From an uncultured Clostridia bacterium (lineage in GTDB: Bacteria > Bacillota > Clostridia > Christensenellales > Pumilibacteraceae), in NCBI GenBank assembly GCA_947384195.1, contig CANDGE010000001.1, positions 35,398 to 99,397 of the forward strand: DNA of 64,000 nucleotides, read 5' to 3'. Both the position numbers and the translations under genes were made by a program. The notes below the pieces were generated by a model. The model was given only the letters and a program-made list of their open reading frames with translations, had not been told where the DNA came from and searched no databases. This document shows positions 49,201 to 58,680 of the stretch, one piece after another; within the stretch, counting starts at the first letter, position 1, and every line of letters starts with the position of its first letter.

Positions 49201-51089
49201 TTTACAACGGCAAGCAATTCGAGATTGCGTTGAATCCCGAATTCAAGATAAATATCGAAATGCTCGGTCGCGGGTTTGTCAATTATGTGACAGACGTTAC
49301 CTATAAGCACACCGTTAACGGCGCGACGGTAACGACGCTTAAAGGCGAGATAAATAAGATCATAACGGTAACGACCGAAATATCGTTTAAGCTCAACAGC
49401 AACTTTGTCGTGACCGACGGCGGCGCGTCCGGCAATACGGGCGTCGTGACCAAAACGTGGAATATAGTTACCAAGCATAATTCGCTCGAATTCGGCGAAA
49501 CGGCAAGCACCTTTGCTTACGGCGAAAACGGCGCATTGGCTTTGCCCGAGCAGGGCGTGGACGGTAACGCGATGACCGTCGTGTTTGCCAAGGCGACTTC
49601 CGAGACGCAATTTGCCGATGTCGCGAGCGTGTTTGTCGAGAGCGGCAAGCTTTACGAATGCGTAGACGGCGGCAAAGGCGACGCGATATCGGGCACGTTG
49701 CGCGAGTACTTTGACGGCGTTCTGTTCGATAACGGCATAGGAAAGTATCGCGTTACGGCGACGGCGTTGGATCATGTTTCGGATGTCGACGGCGAAAACG
49801 GCGCTATATACTTTGCGGTGCCCGCCGAAGTAGAATTCACGGTCACGACGCGTTCGATATCGGACAGCGTCGTTACGACGACCGTCGCGACGGACGGGCT
49901 CGTGTATTCGGGCGAAGCGGTGGAAGCCAAGGTGACGCTCGTGTTCAACGGCGTTACGCTCGAAAAAGATACCGATTATACGCTTACATACGATAACAAC
50001 GTTCATGCGGGCGACGGCGCTTCTGTCGCAATCAAGGGCATAGGCAATTATGCGGGCGATATCGAAAAGACGTATTCCATAGCCAAAGCGACGGACAACG
50101 AGTGGACGGTTTCGCTCAATATCGCGTCGTGGGTAAACGGCAAGTTCAACCGCAACATAAGCGTGATCACGGGCAGGACCAAGTACGGCGCGGGCACGCT
50201 GTCGTTTGAGATCGAGCCGCCCGAAGATATCGCCGACAAACTGACGCAGGATATAATCGATGGGCTCAAATCGATAGAAGCGCAAAACGGCAAGGTCACT
50301 GCCGCTACCGAAGAGGTGTTGCGTAAACTGCCCGTCGGCGCATATAAGCTTATAGCGCGTATGCAGGAAAGCACCGACTATAATGCGATAGGCGGCGAGT
50401 ATGTGTTCAACGTACTGGAAGAGCAGTATGTCGAGCCGTCGCTCAACGTTATCGCCGACGGCGCTACGCAAAACCAAATCTATACCGGCAATCTTTTGTC
50501 GATGAGCATACGCAACTTCGACGGGGCGGCTATGAGCGTCGAGTGCAGCAGCGGCTTGTACTTCGACGCGAACGGCGGTACGGTGTATGCGACCAATGCG
50601 GGCACGTACACAGTCAAGCTCCATCTTATCAGCGACGAATGCACGTGGATGGACGGCACTACCGACGATATCACGCTTACATGGACTATCGTGCCGCGCG
50701 TCGTCAAAGCGCCCGTGCCCGACGAAAATAAGTTTATAGTAAACGGTTCGATACAGTCGTACATGCCGCAGGGCTTCGACCCGACGCTCATGACGATAGA
50801 AAACAACGAGCGCAGCGAAGCGGGCAGGACGTACGTTACCGTGTATCTCAAAGACAACAAAAACTACGTTTGGGACGACGGCACCAACGGCGCGCGCGTA
50901 TTCGCGTGGGAGATCGAAACAGCCGATTGGATATTCGTCACGATAGCGTGCGTTCTCGGCGGTGCAGTGCTTATAGCGGTGCTGTTTGCCGTAGGTCAGT
51001 ACTTCAAGCATCGCGCGCGCATGGCGGATCTTGCGGAAGCGGAAAAAATGCGCGGCGCGTCCGACAACAACGAAGGGGGTAACGCATAA
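46269..51089 (+). CDS. Large cell-surface protein (beta-helix GGG(I/V)Y repeats, MBG-like repeats, C-terminal TM)
   Basis: Signal-like N-terminus, repeated N...GGGxY, two Y.NN..AG....KGIGNY.G repeats, C-terminal hydrophobic anchor without LPXTG. Confidence 0.8.
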   Translation: MKKVLSVRAVTVALLSLLVAFCVAWGGISLFSPAFGRAEGTENETTAPTVAEIVEGYKDKLVADNIVDGEITPIILSGTREQIAAGWSSAWSKSYATRATTASYVYVRLDSDWVAERPISNGVEQDTAPIFGTGNGFYNQASDAVGNGAINLIGVRVILDLNGHVIDRDLNNSKYADSNYIGGSVLYVGSSDADLVLVDSDPTSEHKTEVDDVQTDKYTYDEMTFSVKDPDSWYPQIDIVTETKVVTGGIITGGKAMGTAYGNRNMGGGIRVNAGKLHMFGGTVFGNKVALHGGGIYASGGGARVVIDGGNVIANEGLSVNSASFGGGVFITSKNVEFSMKKGLIAANIAADGGGVYGTVSSVLNIDGGQIISNTAGKSGSGQGGGVYTNSVLNVGGGVISKNLSGHSGGGIYSSTIATAEIAGGEISYNLSNVGGGITANADLTLSGGLITHNLAYYRDYGVYFLTPGTLKLAGPVKIRENGTRKSTSNDISGAKTVTVTGELERGEAPDEDLAEIYISEYLAPITGYGENGLNYKDGQLIDPSKYFRFTYNADDIGKAVLQEGVGVIYETPFKTVYYGSDTGNNNDYDIDLQITDSQYGMAMAYGDHGEHGMRVQLVSGSADDPYNSWVSFQLYKYDSEKENADAEDLGDSSYANCVIDAGIYIGSAYVQTSDGTRTITIRVIVRPKSLESSTAEFGAAGYVKIAYDNADKVFNGNAHTPTVSSVAIEEGENSTWFESLVKDSAYTVEYENNIHVAGASYVVVKGIGNYGGTVKLPFDIVQPSGHNYTENGDTACVTEWQAYNGTAWAAISGSSAFTYDDTSKKYSVRALVKSKFDDGTVYSSYVYAADGKEADFKLAVGDTILIDPGLKLVFKKGDVVAKDIFDAGTYAISIECADVANGMIGDFALPDTAIGSEVVMAPYSITKAELDAATAESGTSLLAVALGDGEWLPFITEVKYVADDVATDGNTLFAYVLYNGKQFEIALNPEFKINIEMLGRGFVNYVTDVTYKHTVNGATVTTLKGEINKIITVTTEISFKLNSNFVVTDGGASGNTGVVTKTWNIVTKHNSLEFGETASTFAYGENGALALPEQGVDGNAMTVVFAKATSETQFADVASVFVESGKLYECVDGGKGDAISGTLREYFDGVLFDNGIGKYRVTATALDHVSDVDGENGAIYFAVPAEVEFTVTTRSISDSVVTTTVATDGLVYSGEAVEAKVTLVFNGVTLEKDTDYTLTYDNNVHAGDGASVAIKGIGNYAGDIEKTYSIAKATDNEWTVSLNIASWVNGKFNRNISVITGRTKYGAGTLSFEIEPPEDIADKLTQDIIDGLKSIEAQNGKVTAATEEVLRKLPVGAYKLIARMQESTDYNAIGGEYVFNVLEEQYVEPSLNVIADGATQNQIYTGNLLSMSIRNFDGAAMSVECSSGLYFDANGGTVYATNAGTYTVKLHLISDECTWMDGTTDDITLTWTIVPRVVKAPVPDENKFIVNGSIQSYMPQGFDPTLMTIENNERSEAGRTYVTVYLKDNKNYVWDDGTNGARVFAWEIETADWIFVTIACVLGGAVLIAVLFAVGQYFKHRARMADLAEAEKMRGASDNNEGGNA

Positions 51090-52249
51090 TGTTTACATTG
51101 CTTTGCGGATCGATTTTTGCGGGCTGGCAGATAACGCTCATGGTAGTGCTGTGCGTGGCGCTTGCAGTCATGCTCGTGCTCAATATTTGGTTCTCGTATA
51201 TTTGGCGGGTCAAAGCCGAGCGGCAAATGCACAACGACAATCTTCAAAACAGGCGCGACGCATTGCTCGCCAAGCTCGAATATCTTAAAAGCGGCGGCGA
51301 TGCAGAGCCGCAGACCTGGATAGATTTTGCGGCGTTCGGCGATGAGGACGACGATGAAGACGAGCCCGACGATCAACCGACCATACCGTTGACTATACCC
51401 ATGAACGACGGCAAACAGCCGTTGCATACCGTGATGCTCGCCGTCGACGATCTGTCGCCGCGCACGCGCAACAAACTCGGTATGCGCCCCAAGCGCTTTA
51501 ACGGCAAAAAGTTTTACGTGCGCTATTCGCTCGGGTTCGACGCGAAATTGCGGCTTTCGGACGACGAGACCAAGGCGCGGTATGTTCAAATACTTAACGA
51601 TATGCGCTCGTATACGGGCGTGACCGTCGAAAAGAATTTCAGCGTACAGCACGTCATGTACGGTAACGAGCTGTTGGCGTCGTTGGTGTTTTTGGGCAAG
51701 CGGTTGTGCGTTGCGTACGCGCTCGATCCCAAGCAGTACGCCGACGGCAAGTATCACGGCGACGACAAGTCGGACAAAAAGCGTTTTGCGCGCACCCCGC
51801 TCGTCGTACGCGTGTTGAGCGACAACAAGGTGGAAACGGCAAAATTCATGTTTGCCGAGCTCGCCGAAAAATACTCGCTCGTCGTCGAAAAAAAGAAGTC
51901 GTTTAAATACGACATGTCCGAAAGATCCAAGGACGAGCTCGTGTGTATGGGTTCTATGCGCGTGATCATCGTCGACGAAGTTTCGCCGCTGTCGTTGCAG
52001 TTTTACGAAGCTACGGATAACGTGGCGAGCGCGCCCGAGTTAAAGAGCGTTACGGTCACGACCGACGACTTAACGACGACCGAGCAGACGGCAAGCAACG
52101 CGCAAAACGCGTCGGCGGCGGAAAGTGCGACGGCGGAAGCCGCGGCGGTCGCGGACGGCAATCAAACACAAGCCGAGCCCGAAGCGTCGGCTGAAATGGC
52201 GGACGCCGAGATCGCGCCCGTAGTAAAATCCAAAAGGAGAAAGAAATAA
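51089..52249 (+). CDS. Single-TM protein with uncharacterised cytoplasmic domain
   Basis: N-terminal TM, acidic linker, RYSLGFDAKL..ALDP..TPL domain; TAATG overlap. Confidence 0.75.
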   Translation: MFTLLCGSIFAGWQITLMVVLCVALAVMLVLNIWFSYIWRVKAERQMHNDNLQNRRDALLAKLEYLKSGGDAEPQTWIDFAAFGDEDDDEDEPDDQPTIPLTIPMNDGKQPLHTVMLAVDDLSPRTRNKLGMRPKRFNGKKFYVRYSLGFDAKLRLSDDETKARYVQILNDMRSYTGVTVEKNFSVQHVMYGNELLASLVFLGKRLCVAYALDPKQYADGKYHGDDKSDKKRFARTPLVVRVLSDNKVETAKFMFAELAEKYSLVVEKKKSFKYDMSERSKDELVCMGSMRVIIVDEVSPLSLQFYEATDNVASAPELKSVTVTTDDLTTTEQTASNAQNASAAESATAEAAAVADGNQTQAEPEASAEMADAEIAPVVKSKRRKK

Positions 52250-52485
52250 TGGCAGGCAAAAAGAAAGCTCAACTCAAAAAAGAGATAGAGGCCAGTCGCT
52301 TGGAGATAGAAAATCTCGAGCGCAAGCTCGGCAGGTCGCAGGTGGCTATAATCGAGGCGATAATTTCGCACACCAAGCCCGCCGACGCGGATATCGAGTA
52401 TTTCAGGACGTACGCCGCGCTTATCGACGTGGAGCGCGAAAACTTGCAAAAGCTTACTGCGGAGCTCAAAGCGCTCGATAAATAA
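52249..52485 (+). CDS. Small coiled-coil protein (78 aa)
   Basis: TAATG overlap, SD AAGGAG, heptad pattern. Confidence 0.75.
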   Translation: MAGKKKAQLKKEIEASRLEIENLERKLGRSQVAIIEAIISHTKPADADIEYFRTYAALIDVERENLQKLTAELKALDK

Positions 52486-52612
52486 AACCTTTATTTACGG
52501 CGTGATATAAACGGTTTTAAAGACTTTTGTTTACTTTTGTGGGCAAAAGTCTTTCGCGCACTTTGACATGCGCCGACGGTTGTGCTACAATAAGACAAAG
52601 GAGTTGTTTTCG

Positions 52613-54820
52613 TTGAAAGTCGTTAAGCGTATTTTAATGTCTGCGGGACTTGTCGGCACGTTGTGTTGCGCGCTGTCTTTTTCCGCATGTTCACATGCGC
52701 ATAAATACGGCGAGTGGACTCAAACCCAAGCGCCCGACTGCACGCACGGCGGCTATGCCGAACGCGTTTGCGCTTGCGGAGAAACTCAAATAAAAGAACT
52801 CGATCCGCTTGGTCACGATACGGTAAGTAAGGTCGGCAAGCCCGCGACGTGTACCGAAAGCGGTTGGGCGGACTACGACGAGTGTTCGCGTTGCGACTAT
52901 ACGACGTATGCCGCGCTCGCGCCGACAGGGCATAGTTTTGCTTCGACGTGGTCGAGCGACGAAAACGAGCATTGGCACGACGCTACGTGCGGACACGATG
53001 AGATTTCCGATCGCGCCGCGCACAAATACGGCGACGGCGATGTTTGCGTCGTTTGCGATTACGACGCGGGGTTTTCCGTCGGGCTCGACTTTACGCTTTC
53101 CTCAGACAAGACTTATTACAGGGTGTCCTGCGGCACGGCGAGCGGAGCCGTGATCATACCGAATGTTTACAACGGCTTGCCCGTCGCTCAAATAACGGCA
53201 AACGGATTTAAAGACCGCACCGACGTAACGTCGGTCACGCTCGGCGCTAACGTTTCGAGCGTGGGCGAACGTGCCTTTTCGGGCTGTACCGCATTGGCGC
53301 GCGCAGACCTGAAAAACGTGCTCAAAATAGGCGAGTTCGCTTTTGAAAAGACGGCGTTAAACACGGTTATCGTGCCGAACAGCGTCGAGCGCATAGGGCG
53401 CGGGGCGTTTTGGCAGTGCGATAAGCTTGCGGAATTGACCGTGCCGTTTATAGGCGAGCGCGCGGCTGACACGTTCAACGTGCATTTCGGTTACATATTC
53501 GGCGCAAACGGCTATGCGCAAAACACTTATGCGCCGCGCTCGCTCGAAAAAGTCGTCGTTACGGGCGGGACTGCCGTCGGGCTCAATGCGTTTATGGGGT
53601 GCGCGTATATTAAAAATATCGAACTGCCGCGCACGATAACGACTGTGGACGCTCATGCCTTCGATAATACATATATCGAGAGCGCGAGCGTGCCGTCGGC
53701 GGCTGTTACGGCGTTGCCCAAAGCGTCGCTTACCGACGTGACGGTGATATGCGGAAGCTTGGGGGGCAAAGCGTTCGACGGGTTTACCGCGCTTAAAACC
53801 GCATGTTTGCGTGGTGATGTACAGGTGATAGGCAACAGCGCGTTCGCGGGCTGTTCCGCGCTCGAAAGCGTCGAGTTTTGTGACGGCGTGGAAGAAATGC
53901 TCGAATACGCGTTTAGAAACTGCGTGGCGTTAAAGAGCATTAAACTGCCCGATACGGTCACTTCGGTGGCGAGCTATGCTTTTGCAGGCTGTAAAAGCGT
54001 TACGGAATTGACGCTCGGCAACGGGCTCGAATTTATAGGCGGACGCGCGTTTGCGGACTGTATCGGTTTGACCGAAGTCGCGATCCCCGATAGCGTCGAC
54101 CCGAGACTCGGTATCGGCAGCGGCGCGTTTGCGGGCTGTACCGCGCTTAAAAACGTATCGTTGCCGTCGGGGCTGACGCGCATAGGCGACGCCTTGTTTG
54201 AAAACTGTACGGCGCTCGTATCTATAAATATACCCGATACCGTCACGGCGTTGGGTTCGGCGTTCGCGGGCTGTACCGCGCTCAAAAGCGTAAGAGTGCC
54301 CGACGGCGTGACGAGCATAGGACGCGGCGCATTTGCGGGTTGCTCCGCGCTCGCGGAGATCGCTTTACCGTTTGTCGGAAGGGATAAAAAAACGGCTGCG
54401 TCTTACAGTCAATATCCGTTCGGAGAGATATTTTATTCAAAAAAACAGTACGACGGTTGCGACGCTACCGAGCAGTTTTATCATAACTGGGATAAGACTA
54501 CTCCCGACGGAAAAGGGACATATTATATTCCGCGCTCGCTTACGCGCGTGACTATAACGGGCGGAGATATACTTACGGGCGCTTTTTCCAATTGCGTGAA
54601 TATTACGGAAGTAACGTTGGGGGCGGGCGTTAACGTTATAGAGAAGGATGCGTTTTTCGGCTGTTCGGCGCTTAAAAGCGCGGTATTCGGCAATGCGTCG
54701 GGCTGGAAAGTTTTTTCGGAACTCGACGGAGCGGGCGCGACGGTCGACGTGACCGACCCGACCGAAAATGCGTCGCGTCTTACGGATACGTATATAGACA
54801 GACGGTGGGTGAGAGTGTAG
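52613..54820 (+). CDS. BspA-type leucine-rich repeat lipoprotein
   Basis: Lipobox-like FSAC, N-terminal His/Cys repeats, many IG..AF.GC..L LRR units. Confidence 0.88.
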   Translation: MKVVKRILMSAGLVGTLCCALSFSACSHAHKYGEWTQTQAPDCTHGGYAERVCACGETQIKELDPLGHDTVSKVGKPATCTESGWADYDECSRCDYTTYAALAPTGHSFASTWSSDENEHWHDATCGHDEISDRAAHKYGDGDVCVVCDYDAGFSVGLDFTLSSDKTYYRVSCGTASGAVIIPNVYNGLPVAQITANGFKDRTDVTSVTLGANVSSVGERAFSGCTALARADLKNVLKIGEFAFEKTALNTVIVPNSVERIGRGAFWQCDKLAELTVPFIGERAADTFNVHFGYIFGANGYAQNTYAPRSLEKVVVTGGTAVGLNAFMGCAYIKNIELPRTITTVDAHAFDNTYIESASVPSAAVTALPKASLTDVTVICGSLGGKAFDGFTALKTACLRGDVQVIGNSAFAGCSALESVEFCDGVEEMLEYAFRNCVALKSIKLPDTVTSVASYAFAGCKSVTELTLGNGLEFIGGRAFADCIGLTEVAIPDSVDPRLGIGSGAFAGCTALKNVSLPSGLTRIGDALFENCTALVSINIPDTVTALGSAFAGCTALKSVRVPDGVTSIGRGAFAGCSALAEIALPFVGRDKKTAASYSQYPFGEIFYSKKQYDGCDATEQFYHNWDKTTPDGKGTYYIPRSLTRVTITGGDILTGAFSNCVNITEVTLGAGVNVIEKDAFFGCSALKSAVFGNASGWKVFSELDGAGATVDVTDPTENASRLTDTYIDRRWVRV

Positions 54821-54963
54821 ACGATCGAGAATTAAGAGTGCCGAATACGGAATGACGGGCGATCGATAATCGAATATTTTGAATACGCATTTGCAGTAGG
54901 ATCGTATTTGTTGCCAAATAAAAACTCCGCACACAAGCGGGGTTTTTTGCATAAACATTTATC

Positions 54964-55374
54964 ATGAACGAGTTGGAATTGCTTGCACGGCTTATTCAGT
55001 GCGAAGCCGGCGGCGAAGGCGATACCGGTATGCGCGCGGTTGCGTCGGTCGTTATGAACAGAGTGGAGCAGCGGCGCGGCGAGTACGGCAGGTATAATAC
55101 CGTGCGCGACGTGGTGTTTGCGCCGCGTCAGTTCGAGTGCGCGACCGAACAACAACAGAGCATATACAATATGCGTCCGGAAGCCATACATTACGAGATA
55201 GCGCAATGGGCGTTGGGCGGCGGACGGTTGGGCGACGTATACGATTCGCTGTGGTTTTTCAATCCGTACTCGGCTACGTGCCGCACTAATTTCCCCAATC
55301 AAAACGGATATTTCAAAGCGCGTATAGGCAATCATTGTTTTTACTCGCCGACGAGCGGTTATTACAATACGTGA
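54964..55374 (+). CDS. Cell wall hydrolase, CwlJ/SleB family
   Basis: LARLIQCEAGGEG, AVASVVMNRV, QF, IGNHCF. Confidence 0.88.
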   Translation: MNELELLARLIQCEAGGEGDTGMRAVASVVMNRVEQRRGEYGRYNTVRDVVFAPRQFECATEQQQSIYNMRPEAIHYEIAQWALGGGRLGDVYDSLWFFNPYSATCRTNFPNQNGYFKARIGNHCFYSPTSGYYNT

Positions 55375-55430
55375 CGCTTTTTGCGTGATGTGTTTTTCGG
55401 TATTAATTTTTCCGTATGGAGGATACATAA

Positions 55431-55694
55431 ATGGACTGTGAAAGACAGGTGGAGATCAACATTCCCGACCCGTTGCCCGATTTTAATTCGGAAAACAACG
55501 TCGGAACGTGGAAACAGCTTTTCGCAACGAATATCGGCAAGCGCGCCAAGATAGAAATTTCGCTGTTCGACGGGTCGATACGATCGATATCGGGCGAGAT
55601 ATACATTGTAGGCAACGCTTATGTCGGAGTCACGTGCAACGGCAATATTTGTTTGTGCGATATCTTTTCCGTTAAGTTCGTCACTTTTTATTGA
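55431..55694 (+). CDS. Hypothetical protein (87 aa), possibly spore-associated
   Basis: SD GGAGG; downstream of the cell wall hydrolase gene. Confidence 0.65.
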   Translation: MDCERQVEINIPDPLPDFNSENNVGTWKQLFATNIGKRAKIEISLFDGSIRSISGEIYIVGNAYVGVTCNGNICLCDIFSVKFVTFY

Positions 55695-55792
55695 TCGTCG
55701 ACCGACGACGGATCGCGAAAAATAAAAGGCGTGCGGGTCTGCGAATATCGCGGCTTGCACGCCCTTTGCGTTAAAGACAGTTTAATATGATG

Positions 55793-56629
55793 TCAATCGT
55801 CGGGCGGCATACACCCGTTGAGGACTGCGTCGAGATTGCCCGCATCCGAAACGTAAAATTCGGTCGCGCCTACGTGGTTTATAAGCGCTTGCAATATTAT
55901 AGCGCCGTACGGCACGGTGTCCGCGCGTTTGGCGCACAGCGGGCGGAATACGGGCAGTTTTTTGTCGAGAAGCATGGGCATGTGCCCGTCGAGCTCGCGC
56001 GCTGTAAATAGGGTGGATACGGCGGTCTTGTCGTATGCTTTAAGGTCGAGCATGGCGGCGGCTATCGCGCACGCGCTTCCGCCCGAAAGCACGAGCGGAT
56101 AAGGCGGAACGTCGCCGAACTCCGCAACGAGCGACGGCGCGGCGTCTATTACTTTGCGGAAGTCGCCTTTAAACTTGTTTTTTAAAACTACCACGCCGAG
56201 CGGCAGGCTTTTTACATAGTTCGGCGTAATGCCGTCGGCGGACGAAATAAGTTCCATGCTTCCGCCGCCGAGATCGCACACGGTGACCGCGCCCTGCGGT
56301 TTGACCGCGCCGTTGAGCGCGAGATACGCCTCTTGCGCGGGCGACAGCACCGTTACGGATAAGCCCGTCGTCGCTTTTACGCTCGCGCAAAACTCATCCC
56401 CGTCTGCGGCTCTTCGCACCGCTTCGGTCGCGAACGCGATGACGCTTTCGGCAGACGCGGTCGCTTTTGCGTATTCGGAAAGTACGGCAAGCGTTTTGCG
56501 TATCCCGTCGGGATCGAGCTTGCCCGTGCGTTCTATGCCGAGCGCGAGCTGGGTTATTTCCGACCGCACCGAGCCGTCGGACATTGCGAGCCGTATCGAG
56601 TTGGAACCGATGTCTATTGCCGCGCGCAT
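55793..56629 (-). CDS. Ppx/GppA family phosphatase (short form)
   Basis: IDIGSNSIR, ATEAVR, DLGGGSMEL, LPLG. Confidence 0.88.
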   Translation of the reverse strand: MRAAIDIGSNSIRLAMSDGSVRSEITQLALGIERTGKLDPDGIRKTLAVLSEYAKATASAESVIAFATEAVRRAADGDEFCASVKATTGLSVTVLSPAQEAYLALNGAVKPQGAVTVCDLGGGSMELISSADGITPNYVKSLPLGVVVLKNKFKGDFRKVIDAAPSLVAEFGDVPPYPLVLSGGSACAIAAAMLDLKAYDKTAVSTLFTARELDGHMPMLLDKKLPVFRPLCAKRADTVPYGAIILQALINHVGATEFYVSDAGNLDAVLNGCMPPDD

Positions 56630-56687
56630 GATATCTCCTTTAAATAAGTAAAGGCTGTCGAACGGACAGCCTTTCGGGTTTGGGAAC

Positions 56688-56990
56688 TTATTCCGATCGG
56701 TCTTTCGAGCCGACTACGGTTTCGCCGCGATAGATCATGTCGAGCATTTCGCGCGCATACTCTTCGATAAATTCGGACGACTGACAATAGGTTATCATAT
56801 CGTCGTTTTGTTCGATGATCTGTTCGAGCTTGGCGTTTTGACGGGCGAGCGATTCGCGACGGCTGTTTGCCGCGCCGAGCCGCACGAGATTGACTATCAA
56901 TGCGACTATGAGCAATACCAAAAGTACCGCCAATCCCGCGATCATGATCTTGACCGCCGCCGTATTCTTTTTAGATCTGCCGTTTGTCAT
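56688..56990 (-). CDS. Septum formation initiator (FtsB/DivIC family)
   Basis: TM, coiled coil, EFIEEYAREMLDMIYRGE. Confidence 0.8.
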   Translation of the reverse strand: MTNGRSKKNTAAVKIMIAGLAVLLVLLIVALIVNLVRLGAANSRRESLARQNAKLEQIIEQNDDMITYCQSSEFIEEYAREMLDMIYRGETVVGSKDRSE

Positions 56991-57115
56991 AACGTATTTA
57001 TTTTATCACCGCCGTCGACCGTTGTCAAGTCTTTTGCGGGCGAGTCGTGTTTTGCGGTGCCGATATAATAACAGCCTTACGAAGCGATCGTACGGCTGTT
57101 TGCACGTTGTTGTAT

Positions 57116-58528
57116 TTATTTTTCGAGCCGAGCTTTTACGACGGTCATGCGGCGCAAGGCTTCGTCCCTGCCGAACAGCTTGACCATTTCCGCGCCGCCG
57201 CCCGGGGTAGCCGCCGCGCCCGTCAGCGCGATGCGGTGTATCCACAGGACCTGACCTTTTTTGATCCCGCGCTTTTCGGCGAGCGATTCGAGCGCGGCGT
57301 TCATGTCGTCCGCCTTGGTGCACTCGATGCAATCGTCGATGAGCTCGCGCGCCATGTCGACGGTGGTTTTCCATTTTTTATTGACGAACAGATCGAGATC
57401 GAAATCGTCGAATGCGTCCAAAAACGCCGCGCGTTCTTTTATGTCGGTTAGTATTTCGACGCGCGTCTGCAAAAGTTCGGACAAATAACGGTAGTCGATA
57501 TTTTTGTCGGGACAGTACTTTTCGTAGTAGGGAAGCGCGGCTTTATGGAAGTCGTCGGCGGACATTTCCTTTACGTACAGCGAGTTGAGCCAGCGCATTT
57601 TCGTTTCGTCGAAAATGGACGACGACTTTTGCAAGCCGTCTATGGAAAAGCTTTCTATAAGCTCGGCCATGCTCATTTTTTCGCGGTCGTTTTTGGGATT
57701 CCAACCGAGAAGCGCTATATAATTGACTATGGCGTGGGGGAGAAAACCTTTGTTTAAAAAGTCCTCGAAGCCCGCATCGCCGTCGCGCTTGCTCAGCTTG
57801 TGTTGCGCGTCGCGCATGATCGGTTGCAGGTGGATGTATACGGGACGTTCCCAACCGAGCGCGTCGTAAAGGAGATTGTACTTGGGCGTGGACATCAAAT
57901 ATTCGACGCCGCGTATGCAGTGCGTTATGCCCATAAGGTGATCGTCTATCACATTGGCGAAGTTATACGTCGGCATGCCGTCCGATTTGATGAGTATATT
58001 GTCTTCGAGATCTTTAAAGTCGACGGTTATATCGCCGAAAACTTCGTCGTGATAGGTGGACGTTCCAGTTTCGGGAATGTTTTGACGTATGACGTACGGC
58101 TCGCCCGCGGCTATGCGCGCTTGCACTTCCGCTTTGGATAAATGCAGGCAGTGCTTGTCGTATTTGGTAGCGCCGTTTTCGTGCATGGTTTCGAGCCGTT
58201 CTTTGGTGCAAAAACAGCAGTACGCGTCGCCGCTTTCGAGCAGCTTTTGCGCGTATTCGAGATATATTTGCTTGCGCTCCGATTGAACGTACGGACCGCA
58301 GTCGCCGCCGACGATAGGACCTTCGTCGTAGTGCATTCCCGCTTTTTCGAGCGCGGAAATTATTATATCCACCGCGCCCTTGACTTCGCGCGTGCGGTCG
58401 GTATCTTCTATGCGAAGTATGAACTTGCCGTTGTTCTTTTTGGCGAAAAGATATGCGTACAGCGCGGTGCGAAGTCCGCCTATATGCAGATAGCCGGTGG
58501 GGCTCGGAGCGAATCTCGTTCTTACCAT
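57116..58528 (-). CDS. gltX: Glutamyl-tRNA synthetase
   Basis: RFAPSPTGYLHIGG, RIEDTD, PTYNFANVIDD, KLSKR. Confidence 0.97.
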   Translation of the reverse strand: MVRTRFAPSPTGYLHIGGLRTALYAYLFAKKNNGKFILRIEDTDRTREVKGAVDIIISALEKAGMHYDEGPIVGGDCGPYVQSERKQIYLEYAQKLLESGDAYCCFCTKERLETMHENGATKYDKHCLHLSKAEVQARIAAGEPYVIRQNIPETGTSTYHDEVFGDITVDFKDLEDNILIKSDGMPTYNFANVIDDHLMGITHCIRGVEYLMSTPKYNLLYDALGWERPVYIHLQPIMRDAQHKLSKRDGDAGFEDFLNKGFLPHAIVNYIALLGWNPKNDREKMSMAELIESFSIDGLQKSSSIFDETKMRWLNSLYVKEMSADDFHKAALPYYEKYCPDKNIDYRYLSELLQTRVEILTDIKERAAFLDAFDDFDLDLFVNKKWKTTVDMARELIDDCIECTKADDMNAALESLAEKRGIKKGQVLWIHRIALTGAAATPGGGAEMVKLFGRDEALRRMTVVKARLEK

Positions 58529-58680
58529 TTTATCTCCTTGGATGTACGCGGCGCTTTTTTTGCGCTTGACAGTTTTGTCGCGGCGTGATACAATAAATAC
58601 AACTTGCGCGCGTAAATATAAAGTATTACCGTATAATTGTAATGCTTTTCGGCGTAAAATGCAAGCGTTAAGGACGTGTT

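Noticed and set aside
21339-51011. Long antisense ORFs (e.g. 21339-23102, 24906-26675, 48228-51011)
   Set aside because: Shadow frames of well-supported genes in GC-rich sequence, with no motifs
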